Source of the DNA: a virus
Taxonomy: Duplodnaviria; Heunggongvirae; Uroviricota; Caudoviricetes
Reading direction: 5' to 3' (one strand)
IMG/VR virus record: IMGVR_UViG_3300003691_000001
Coordinates: 64,001 to 118,515 of that record
Length of the DNA stretch: 54,515 nt
Of this stretch, positions 1 through 8,509 are shown piece after piece. The notes under the pieces were generated by a model. That model worked only from the letters and a program-made list of their open reading frames with translations. It did no database searches and was not told the origin of the DNA. Every line of letters starts with the position of its first letter. The first letter of the stretch is position 1. Both the position numbers and the translations under genes were made by a program.

Positions 1-3000
1 TACGTGCTCTACCATACTGTCTCCCATTGCTGAGAACAGGTTTTCAAAGTCTTTTTGTATCTCCTCTGTACTTCTACCTTTTGTCTGTATTCTCTGGAAT
101 GGTATTAAGAAAGAATCTAATGAATCAGCTGTTGATACTCCTAAGATATCCACTGCAGTCATTACAGTACTTCCTATAGATCTTACAACATTGGTAAGGT
201 TGTTTCTTATATCTGAACTAAGTCCTGCCAGGTGAGTCTCTACCCATTCATCGTCTGAACCGAACCATCCTCCATCTTCTTCAAACTGAATAATCTGAAA
301 TGTGGCTGCATTGATTCCATCTCTTAACGATTCAAAAGATTGAGTTGCAATTTGTATACCTGCAGATATTACATCGGCATCTATACCTCCTCCAAATAAT
401 CCATCTATTAAGCCTCCTAGAAGATTATCTCCGAAGTCAATAAAAGCTCCTGATATATCATCAAAAATCCCCCCAAAAGTATCTCCGAATATAGACCCTA
501 CCGTATTAGATAAGAAGTCTCCAACGTCATTGGTAGCATCCGTGAGGAAGTCTTTAATCCCTTGTCCTGGGCCGTCACTACCTGTTATATCTAAATCTTC
601 AAAGCTCAGGTCACCTGTTGCAATAGATTTTACAATACCTACTACAAGTCCTGCTATATTATTATTAAGCTTTTGAAGCTCACGATGTATCAAGTGGAGC
701 TGTGCATTCTGTTCATGATCTGCTTCTTCTATAAGCTTAAAAGCTTTGTTTATGGAATCAGAAGCATCATCTGGTGATCCTAGTACACCACCTGTAATAG
801 GTTTTGTTGTATCTAATGCAGCCTGTGTCGCTGATCCTGAACTACTACCACCTCCACCTTTCACTGATATACCTAATGAAGCCATTGTTCCAATCATAGC
901 TGCAATACGTGCAAAGGCTGTATAGGGATCTCCTAGACCCTGGGTAGCTATAGCTGCTACAGCTTGGGCGGCTGCTGCTAGGTTAGATGCAATAGTGAAT
1001 GCTCTAGCTGCTTCACTGCCTTCTTCAAAACCTGAAGACATTGCAGAAGCTACTTGGCTTAATTGTCCAAGCCTGTTAACGGTATTAGCTGAATCTAATT
1101 CACCTTGTTCTATCTTCAAGAGACTTAATCTCTTTGTAGCCTCTTCATTACCTTCGTCTGATAGCTTTTGAGCTTTATTAATAAGGTCTTGATTATGTAT
1201 GGATTTCTCTGAGAATGTCTTCTGCTGAGAGGCAAGGGTTTGCAATTCTTTTATTGCTCCTCCGAACCCTCCTGCCATATTCTCACCTAACTTAGACCAT
1301 GAATCAGACAATGTATCAGTGGACTCTATCGCCTTATCCATCTGCGTTAGGAATTCTTCATCTTCTTTCCTAGCGTCCCTCTGAGCTTTTATCGCTATTG
1401 CCTGTTCATTTAACTTATCCGTAAGCTCTTGATGGAGTATAATCCTCTTACCATCTTCCTCTGATAGTAACTGAGTTATTATCAACCCCTCTGTCTGACC
1501 TTCAAGTAAAGCTTTTTGGGCTTTTATTCTAGCCTGCATTGCTTTTATCGTAGACTTATCTTTTTCTATATTAGCAGCCTTTGCATTAGCTACCTTTCGC
1601 GCATTTAAAGCGTCCACTTCCTTCTTGATAGCTTTTGTTTGAGCATCTGTAAGGGTTGTAGTCTCCTTCAGCTGTTTTACAGCTGCTGCAAACCTATCCT
1701 CAACAGGTGTTAGGGATTTAGTTAATGCTTTGTATTTAGCTATTAGAGAATTAACAGCTGCCTGTTGGTCGTCAAAGTACTTCTTAGCATCCGTTCCTGT
1801 AGTAAGAGTATTCACAGCGTCAGTGTATATGGTTACACGATCCTTAGCAATTTGTAACTGATTACTGAGATTTGTAAACTCGTCACTACCGGCTTCATTT
1901 ATATCACGAAGCCTTTTCATAGCTTCTGTTATAGATGTAACATCCTCTTCTGCACCTTCCAGATGCTTTGAAGCAGCTTGTAGACCTATAGAGAAATCTG
2001 TCATAGAGCTATCTTCAAACTCTGTCATTAACTTGAAAGCTGTATTGAAAATATTCGCTGCATCTGTGACATCTTCTACAGGAGCTTTAATCTTATTCAT
2101 AGCTTCTGCATAGATTTCAGCAGAGTTTGTTATAGTGGCATTAGTTCTGTCTGCACGATTAACAAGTTCATCCACCAAAGCCCATGCAGTCCCTACTGAG
2201 GCTATGAACCCTAAGACGGCAGGTGCAGATGTTCCTAGTATTGTTGCAGTAAATGCTAAAGCGCCTCCAAGCTCTACAAGTGAGCCTGCTAATCCGGTTA
2301 CAGATGGAGCTATTGCCTTTGCTACCATAAGGCTAACTATTACATCTAAGTTATCTGCAGCTAGTTGTAGCAGTGGGTGTAGAGGTTCTAAAGCATCTAC
2401 TAATGTATTGAAAGCTCCCACTATTGATGGCAGTGCTTTCAGTAAACTTATCAAACCATCCCCTATAAGTCTAAAGGCGGCTCCTATGTTACTAGCAAAT
2501 TCAAGAGCTTCTTCTGACCCTATGAACTCCCCAAATGCCTGAACCACATCTTTAAGTGCTTCACCGAATCCACCTTTAGTTATAGCATCTGCAAATTGTG
2601 TGACTCTAGTTTCAGCTCTTGCAAAATTAGCTGAAAGTGTATTAACTGACTTAGATGTGGCAGGAAGTTCGAATCTTAATTGCGCTATGAACTTAGGCAT
2701 GAAATCTTCAGATATCACTTGCCCCAGTTCAAGCATTTTACTTAATTCTGCAGTAGTGGTTCCTGTAGCTCTAGCAGCTATTTGGAACGCACCTGGTAAT
2801 ACCTCTCCTAACTGACCACGAAGTTCTTCTGCTGAAACTTTACCCTTACTAAGGATCTGGTTTACAGCTGTCATAGCTCTATTAACTTCCGAGGTGGTTA
2901 GGCTTAATGCCCTACCTGCTTCTGAAATCCCTATGAAAATATCTCTAGTCTGCTCACCCTCTAGGGATGTATTCTTTGTCGCTGCTGCTAAGCTGGTGTA

Positions 3001-3591
3001 ATCTTTCGCTGAACTTTTTAAGCTCAGACCTAATCTCAAGGACTCATCTGTTATGAACTTAAATTCTTCAGCTATGTTACTGTCTCCGAATACAACTCCC
3101 ATAGATGCTCTTATTGAATCAAGGGATGTAGCTATGTTTATTAGTCCTCTAGCGACAGCTGCTGCACCTATTGCGGCCATTGCTGTACGCATTAATTTCC
3201 AACCCTTAGAGGTTTCTTTAAGCTTCTTAGTCTGCTTCTCTAACCCTGTATTCGTCTTTTCTATAGTTCTTGTAACTTTACGATTAGATCCTGCTGCAGC
3301 ATCTAATGCTTTATCATAGAGTTCTGTTGCTTGTGTAGCCTTTGAAACTTTAGTATGTATACTCTCAAGGCTTACAGCAGTTCTGTCTACAGAACTTGCG
3401 AAGCCTCTTTGCTTCTTTACAGCATTTCCCATAGCCTTTGATGTAAGGCCTATAACTTTGTTTAATTTTCTATTTTGGGTTTCTAGTTTCTCGGCAGCTT
3501 TTACAATATCTTCAAGATTTTTAATATAATCAGCAGAGGCTTTTTTTGCGTCTTTGGTTTCTAATCCAACGCTAACCGATATATCGGACAT
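1..3591 (-). CDS. Tail tape measure protein (partial, runs off left edge, >=1197 aa)
   Basis: Missing from the ORF track because there is no stop in the window. ATG at 3591 (MSDISVSVGLETK) follows a GAGAAG RBS. Hand-translated segments are open, e.g. ...STADSLDSFLIPFQRIQTKGRSTEEIQKDFENLF at the left edge. Contains the tape-measure motif SKGKVSAEELRGQLGEVLPGAFQIAARA. Lies after the tail chaperones. Confidence 0.93.
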   Translation of the reverse strand, partial: MSDISVSVGLETKDAKKASADYIKNLEDIVKAAEKLETQNRKLNKVIGLTSKAMGNAVKKQRGFASSVDRTAVSLESIHTKVSKATQATELYDKALDAAAGSNRKVTRTIEKTNTGLEKQTKKLKETSKGWKLMRTAMAAIGAAAVARGLINIATSLDSIRASMGVVFGDSNIAEEFKFITDESLRLGLSLKSSAKDYTSLAAATKNTSLEGEQTRDIFIGISEAGRALSLTTSEVNRAMTAVNQILSKGKVSAEELRGQLGEVLPGAFQIAARATGTTTAELSKMLELGQVISEDFMPKFIAQLRFELPATSKSVNTLSANFARAETRVTQFADAITKGGFGEALKDVVQAFGEFIGSEEALEFASNIGAAFRLIGDGLISLLKALPSIVGAFNTLVDALEPLHPLLQLAADNLDVIVSLMVAKAIAPSVTGLAGSLVELGGALAFTATILGTSAPAVLGFIASVGTAWALVDELVNRADRTNATITNSAEIYAEAMNKIKAPVEDVTDAANIFNTAFKLMTEFEDSSMTDFSIGLQAASKHLEGAEEDVTSITEAMKRLRDINEAGSDEFTNLSNQLQIAKDRVTIYTDAVNTLTTGTDAKKYFDDQQAAVNSLIAKYKALTKSLTPVEDRFAAAVKQLKETTTLTDAQTKAIKKEVDALNARKVANAKAANIEKDKSTIKAMQARIKAQKALLEGQTEGLIITQLLSEEDGKRIILHQELTDKLNEQAIAIKAQRDARKEDEEFLTQMDKAIESTDTLSDSWSKLGENMAGGFGGAIKELQTLASQQKTFSEKSIHNQDLINKAQKLSDEGNEEATKRLSLLKIEQGELDSANTVNRLGQLSQVASAMSSGFEEGSEAARAFTIASNLAAAAQAVAAIATQGLGDPYTAFARIAAMIGTMASLGISVKGGGGSSSGSATQAALDTTKPITGGVLGSPDDASDSINKAFKLIEEADHEQNAQLHLIHRELQKLNNNIAGLVVGIVKSIATGDLSFEDLDITGSDGPGQGIKDFLTDATNDVGDFLSNTVGSIFGDTFGGIFDDISGAFIDFGDNLLGGLIDGLFGGGIDADVISAGIQIATQSFESLRDGINAATFQIIQFEEDGGWFGSDDEWVETHLAGLSSDIRNNLTNVVRSIGSTVMTAVDILGVSTADSLDSFLIPFQRIQTKGRSTEEIQKDFENLFSAMGDSMVEHV

Positions 3592-3613
3592 ATACTTCTC
3601 CATAGGAGTATAT

Positions 3614-3639
3614 AAAAAGAAAGCCAGCTGGTGGCTGGC
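3614..3639 (-). terminator. Rho-independent terminator between chaperone and tape measure genes
   Basis: Minus strand GCCAGC-CACCA-GCTGGC followed by TTTCTTTTT. Confidence 0.6.
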
Positions 3640-3671
3640 ATGTCACCTATATCATCTACTAGCTAAGTAGA

Positions 3672-4045
3672 TTACCCTGTAGGTGCTTGGGGAAAAACGC
3701 TCCCCGAAGGACTAGGGGTATTTTGTTGTCCGTTCTTTGCAGTCTTCTGCTGCATCTTTTCAGACTTTAATTTTAAGAACTCCATATCTGCAGCTCTAAC
3801 AACTCTTGTAAAATGCTTTATACCTGTCATAGGTTTAAACACTTCGTAGTAACTTACCATTTCTGTTATCGGTATGGGCTGTGGGAGTCCACCAGACATC
3901 CCTACAGCCACTTCTCTTTGATCTGAAAGCCAGTTGTAGCCTACTAATATATTTGCAACAGTTGCATCTATCTGTGGCCTATTCTCATCAGCTTTCTGTG
4001 TACCAATCATACCTGGTCGGCAGTAGAAATCCTGCCACTGTATTA
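3672..4045 (-). CDS. Tail assembly chaperone, frameshifted C-terminal extension (lambda gpT equivalent)
   Basis: The -1 frame after the slippery site reads VIQWQDFYCRPG-MIGTQKADENR..., continuous with ORF 3672..4010; PIPITEMVSY motif; lies between chaperone and tape measure genes. Confidence 0.8.
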
Positions 4046-4453
4046 CTTTTTTACAAGGTCTTCATCATCCTGCACTTGGTCTTCCATGAAGCGCTCTTGA
4101 TCTGTTGCAAATTCTAGAAGCATCTCTGCAAGCACTTGGAACCGCTTATCTGTAAAGATTTCAATTGATTTTGCTTTAGAGAAGATGAGTTCTTCATCAT
4201 CTAGTGCCACTCCTTCCCAATCCAATACACAGGTAGCAGCTAGGCATTCTAGCATGATCTTTACATCCTTTTCTGTGTTGCGCTTTTCTTTCTGTCGCTT
4301 GCTACTTCCGTAGGCCTGATTCTCAAGGCGCTTATAAGTGTCTTTCCAGGCACTATTATTAACGTGTGCAATAAGAAATCTCATATCTGAAACCTCTGTC
4401 CATACACCGTTCTCTTTAGCGTCTAAGTCTTGTGCGAATTCATTAAGTGACAT
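4043..4453 (-). CDS. Tail assembly chaperone (lambda gpG equivalent)
   Basis: 136-aa acidic protein directly after the major tail gene; ends on the slippery sequence. Confidence 0.85.
   Translation of the reverse strand: MSLNEFAQDLDAKENGVWTEVSDMRFLIAHVNNSAWKDTYKRLENQAYGSSKRQKEKRNTEKDVKIMLECLAATCVLDWEGVALDDEELIFSKAKSIEIFTDKRFQVLAEMLLEFATDQERFMEDQVQDDEDLVKK
4046..4052 (-). other. Programmed -1 ribosomal frameshift heptamer A-AAA-AAG
   Basis: GTA AAA AAG TAA at the end of the chaperone; the -1 frame is open into the next ORF. Confidence 0.85.
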
Positions 4454-4583
4454 TGTATATTCCCCTATACATTATTTGGCTATATGCCATTGTGCTACGT
4501 TGTGTAGCTATGAGTGTATCCCCTTATTCTACCTTTTCCCCTAAGGGAAGAGATACCTGTGAAGGGGAGGACACAAGTACCTC

Positions 4584-4686
4584 TGTAAGCCCCCTACAGT
4601 CATCTGTAAGGGCCTTTCTACCTATACCCCTACCTACCCTACTGGGTAAGTATTAAAGGGGCTTACACGGGCTTACAGGCCCTTGT
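4584..4686. repeat. Intergenic inverted-repeat element
   Basis: TGTAAGCCCC (4584-4593) pairs with GGGGCTTACA (4658-4667); extra CTGTAAG/CTTACAG copies. Confidence 0.6.
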
Positions 4687-4687
4687 A

Positions 4688-5872
4688 TTATACTGCTACG
4701 TCAGTTTCATCTAATGGTAGACGATCTATTTGGAACATAGAGTCTGTAGTTGCATCTCGCAATCCTCTCCAACTTCCGTCCAATACAACATCCGTATCAG
4801 AACCTGATACAGCTAATGTCATACTCTCGTACTTAACGTTAGGGAAGGTGAATACATACGCATTACCTGCAGCATCCTCTGCTCTCATTGATAACGAGAA
4901 GGCTGTACTGTTGATGAACTTGTTGTACTCTGTTAAATCCTCGAAGTATACAGAGATAGACCCTGATACTTCAAACCGACCTACACCAATACCTACAGCA
5001 GCTAGGCTACCGATAGCATTCTGTGCACGGAGGTTGTTGTTAACCTCTACAGACATTGAAAGGATTGAAGCTGTTGAAGCTGATCCATCAATTAATACAT
5101 TGTTCAAGTTAGTTACAGAGTTCAATACTGAACCTGTTGCAGCAGCCACATCTGTCTGCCCTGAAATTATTGAACCACTGATTTCTGCACTTAATCCCAT
5201 AAAGTCAAATGATCCTCCTAGGATAGATCCTACTTCAAAGTTCAAGTTCATACCATTAACATTCATACCTCGGAAGTTCTGGTAAGTAGGTGCTGTGGTA
5301 TCGTTGAATCTCTTCTGGACAGTGAATGACTTTTGGACGATATCATTACGTATCATTTGACCAGTGATTACAACAGATGCTGCATCTACTTCATCGGCAC
5401 CTGGAACAGGTAGTACTGTTACTGAACCTGCAGCTGCAACTGTGACTTTGTAAAATCCGTTATTGGATGCTGTTGTAGCATTTGTAACTTTAAGCCACTG
5501 ATCTACCACTACATTACTGAACCCGTTTCCTGAATCTACGATAGTTCCTGAAGCGTTACTGAATGTGATGGTTGCAGCGTTAATTGCTACTGCAGTACTA
5601 AAGTCTGAAAATAAAGCTGCTTCAATTAGGTCATCATATGCATCGAATGACAATTCAATGTCAACTCCACCTGATGATGTTTGACCTACGTTTACAAGGT
5701 CAGTTGTTTGACGATCATCACGGATCTCTTCAGATACGATGGTATCGATATTGAATCCAATACTCTCACCCGTGTACCGGATAGGAGTTAATGCTGGACT
5801 TGTAGGGGTAGTACCCTGTGTTACTTCTAAAATTCGGTATAGACCTGTTCGGTTAGCACCTGCGAAGCTCAT
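4688..5872 (-). CDS. Major tail (tube) protein
   Basis: 394 aa; SEEIRDDRQTTD...GGVDIELSF and KSFTVQKRFND motifs of tail tube proteins; position in tail operon. Confidence 0.88.
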   Translation of the reverse strand: MSFAGANRTGLYRILEVTQGTTPTSPALTPIRYTGESIGFNIDTIVSEEIRDDRQTTDLVNVGQTSSGGVDIELSFDAYDDLIEAALFSDFSTAVAINAATITFSNASGTIVDSGNGFSNVVVDQWLKVTNATTASNNGFYKVTVAAAGSVTVLPVPGADEVDAASVVITGQMIRNDIVQKSFTVQKRFNDTTAPTYQNFRGMNVNGMNLNFEVGSILGGSFDFMGLSAEISGSIISGQTDVAAATGSVLNSVTNLNNVLIDGSASTASILSMSVEVNNNLRAQNAIGSLAAVGIGVGRFEVSGSISVYFEDLTEYNKFINSTAFSLSMRAEDAAGNAYVFTFPNVKYESMTLAVSGSDTDVVLDGSWRGLRDATTDSMFQIDRLPLDETDVAV

Positions 5873-5939
5873 GGAAATTCCTCTTATATTTTAATGATTG
5901 ACATGCATGTGTCATTATTATCCCATTAAGGGAGTAATT

Positions 5940-6380
5940 CTATTCATCCCTGAAAAAAGGGATACGTACTGCGTATTGATACCACACAGGATCTGCGCCC
6001 TGTCTGTTTGCAACACCTATGTGTTTAACTGTAGCAGCATATAATGTTATTACACTCCCTGTATCTCCTGTAACCACTACTTGTTTATTCTCAAATATAT
6101 TTACTGCAGCTTCTGCCATATCCAGTAGATCACCTGTCCCTGAATCAAGTTTATCGTAAACATCTATTACTAGTATTCCATTCCTTCTTACAACCGCTCC
6201 AACCGCTATAGCTACATTCGTGTTTGGTAACCAATGCACATCTATTGATGACCATTTCTGGTCTATAGGTGGATCGAATACAGCGTTTGAATATCTAATG
6301 AAATCAGGTGTGGTGGAGGTATGTGTCCACTCTGCTCTGAATTTGGTTTCAAGAGCCTGCCGTACTGTGTTATAACTCAT
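5940..6380 (-). CDS. Tail terminator protein
   Basis: 146 aa; N-terminal VRQALETKF, C-terminal WYQYAVRIPF; precedes the major tail gene. Confidence 0.7.
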   Translation of the reverse strand: MSYNTVRQALETKFRAEWTHTSTTPDFIRYSNAVFDPPIDQKWSSIDVHWLPNTNVAIAVGAVVRRNGILVIDVYDKLDSGTGDLLDMAEAAVNIFENKQVVVTGDTGSVITLYAATVKHIGVANRQGADPVWYQYAVRIPFFRDE

Positions 6381-6787
6381 TACAGCTCCTTGTTAGCTCT
6401 TGCTATGCCAAGTAAAGCGCCTTCCAGTATAGTGGTTAAACCGTCAATGTCATTTACATAGGGGACACTATTGGACCATACAATTTCGTCACCCACCTTA
6501 AACTTTGGTATCTCCATTGCAATCTTCTTAGCTGCCTCTACTGATATCTGCCTGTCATTCGGGTAGTGTAATTTTGAAACCTCTATGTTGAAGTCTTCGA
6601 AGGTTAAATCATCCTTCCTAACACTATCTACAGCGGGTAAGAAGTTTGCAGCATGCAGTCCTGTATCTACCTTTGCTGAATCTACTAAAGCCTCTGCAAT
6701 GATAAAGGAAGCTTCCTCCATCTTATCCAGTACTTGACCTTTAACCTTCTTCTTAGCAGCTTTCAATTGTTGCCTTAACGTTGCCAT
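6380..6787 (-). CDS. Neck / tail completion protein (HK97 gp10-like)
   Basis: VDTG...ANF and IVWSNSVPYV motifs; position. Confidence 0.65.
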   Translation of the reverse strand: MATLRQQLKAAKKKVKGQVLDKMEEASFIIAEALVDSAKVDTGLHAANFLPAVDSVRKDDLTFEDFNIEVSKLHYPNDRQISVEAAKKIAMEIPKFKVGDEIVWSNSVPYVNDIDGLTTILEGALLGIARANKEL

Positions 6788-7167
6788 TAGGTACCTCTCA
6801 TTTCAATAGTCCAGATACTCCCACCTGGTGGTTGATATACATTTAAGATATGGAACTTCTCAGTTCCAATTTCAATCCTATCATCCTTAGTGGGGTTGAA
6901 ATCTATCCTAGTTGAAGGGAATACAAGCCTTGCTTCATTAACATCGATCTTATTCCCATCTAACTCACGATCTCTATTCTGATACCGTATAGCTTCAAAT
7001 GTGGATGTAACCTCTGTAGGTGTCGATTTACCAGTTGCAGGATCATACGTCCCTTTACTAGTTACTCTAATATATGTTACTAAGGTTTGTAATCCATCTT
7101 CTGTAGACTTACCTACTACATCAAATGCTACTTCCACTGCATTATTTATAATCGTATTTAATCCCAT
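6787..7167 (-). CDS. Head closure (stopper) protein
   Basis: GTYDPATG motif, PTKDDRIEIG, beta-rich; position after the adaptor. Confidence 0.7.
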   Translation of the reverse strand: MGLNTIINNAVEVAFDVVGKSTEDGLQTLVTYIRVTSKGTYDPATGKSTPTEVTSTFEAIRYQNRDRELDGNKIDVNEARLVFPSTRIDFNPTKDDRIEIGTEKFHILNVYQPPGGSIWTIEMRGT

Positions 7168-7174
7168 ACATCAC

Positions 7175-7966
7175 CTATGCTCTTGTCAGGGTTGTAAAGC
7201 TTCCTACCCCTGACCCTGTGACGTAAAAACCTATCATACGTATGACAGTGAAGTTGTTTCTAGTTAGAGCATCATGACGATCAAACTTAACCGTCACAGG
7301 ACCTGTCGTTACCTGTGAAACGCCTGTGTTATCTTTTTCAGCCCACCTATCTTCTTGTAATAAAGATAGAGCTAATTCTGCTGTAGCATGCTGTAGGAAT
7401 GCTGGTATAACTGTTGATCTAAGTTCTATTCCGTCAGGGTTGAAAACCCCTGTACGAGGCCAACTAAGCACCTGTGCACTACTGACCCTAGAACCTTTCC
7501 AAGCCATAGCATCAAGTTCTCGAGTTGCCATAACTAACGCACCACTTTTATCGTTATCACTGGCATCATCCCACTTAACCGAGTATAGCCTTGTAGTCAT
7601 GTACCTGTCGGCTTCTTGCAAGGTGATATAACTGCTGTAGAGATCTAGGGTTGTTATTACACCTATCTCTTCAATTATAGTCTCTGTGAGTCCAGTATCG
7701 ATAACAGCCAGATAAATATCATAAGTGGTTAAAGGTACTAAGAGTGGTACAACCTCTGAGTATATCCTTCCTGCAACACTCGCTGTTAAACTGGATGCAT
7801 GGATAGGTGTGCTTCCTGCAGCTCCTGTACCTGCTAAAACCTCTGTAGATGTAGGGGCTGTACTTCCACCCGCTAACACAACAAACCTATAGCTTCCTGT
7901 ATCCTGTATTGTAAAGGTAAGAGATATCGTATCTGAACCAGCCCTTACCATGTTAAATTTTGTCAT
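7175..7966 (-). CDS. Head-tail adaptor (DnaT-like family) with N-terminal beta-sandwich extension
   Basis: C-terminal SYITLQEADRY...ALVMATRELD...WKGSR...LSWPR...ATAELAL is typical of this adaptor family; extra ~105-aa N-terminal domain. Confidence 0.75.
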   Translation of the reverse strand: MTKFNMVRAGSDTISLTFTIQDTGSYRFVVLAGGSTAPTSTEVLAGTGAAGSTPIHASSLTASVAGRIYSEVVPLLVPLTTYDIYLAVIDTGLTETIIEEIGVITTLDLYSSYITLQEADRYMTTRLYSVKWDDASDNDKSGALVMATRELDAMAWKGSRVSSAQVLSWPRTGVFNPDGIELRSTVIPAFLQHATAELALSLLQEDRWAEKDNTGVSQVTTGPVTVKFDRHDALTRNNFTVIRMIGFYVTGSGVGSFTTLTRA

Positions 7967-8047
7967 TAAGTATATTCCCTCTGAAGATTATACAACACTG
8001 ATATTGTCATAGGTGGTTAGATATTTAAAATTAACAGACTGTTATGT

Positions 8048-8077
8048 AAAAAGAGGGGTACCATGGTACCCCTCTTT
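8048..8077 (-). terminator. Rho-independent terminator
   Basis: Near-perfect palindrome AAAGAGGGGTACCATGGTACCCCTCTTT with T-tract on minus strand. Confidence 0.7.
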
Positions 8078-8083
8078 ACATAC

Positions 8084-8398
8084 TTAACTGGATCTTACGT
8101 CTAAAAGATGCTCCAAGATCCTATCAAGCTTGTCTTCCATTTTACTAAGATTTGCAGCTACTGTACTTTCTAGCTTTTCAATAGCATTCTCTGTTGTATC
8201 AATCTTTTGAAGTACAAGATCAAACTTAGATTCATGCTCTATCGATTTAGTCTGAAGAGTATTCACTTTAACCTCTAATCGCTGTGTGATTGAAGCGTGT
8301 GACTTTTTCAGGTTCCAGTACTGCGTGGCTAAAAAACCTAGTGTTGCGACAAGCAAACTGCCCACGCCTATGATTAATGTTACTACTGCTGATTCCAT
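8084..8398 (-). CDS. Membrane-anchored coiled-coil protein (holin-like)
   Basis: One N-terminal hydrophobic helix, then heptad coiled coil ending KLDRILEHLL. Confidence 0.5.
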   Translation of the reverse strand: MESAVVTLIIGVGSLLVATLGFLATQYWNLKKSHASITQRLEVKVNTLQTKSIEHESKFDLVLQKIDTTENAIEKLESTVAANLSKMEDKLDRILEHLLDVRSS

Positions 8399-8509
8399 GT
8401 TGTTCCCGTTAGCTGCTGGGTTATATTACTATGCAGGCTATTAGCCTACTCTTTAGAGACTACCGTGCACATCCTGTAAGTAGCCCGTCCTACACTGATC
8501 AGATAGCTA

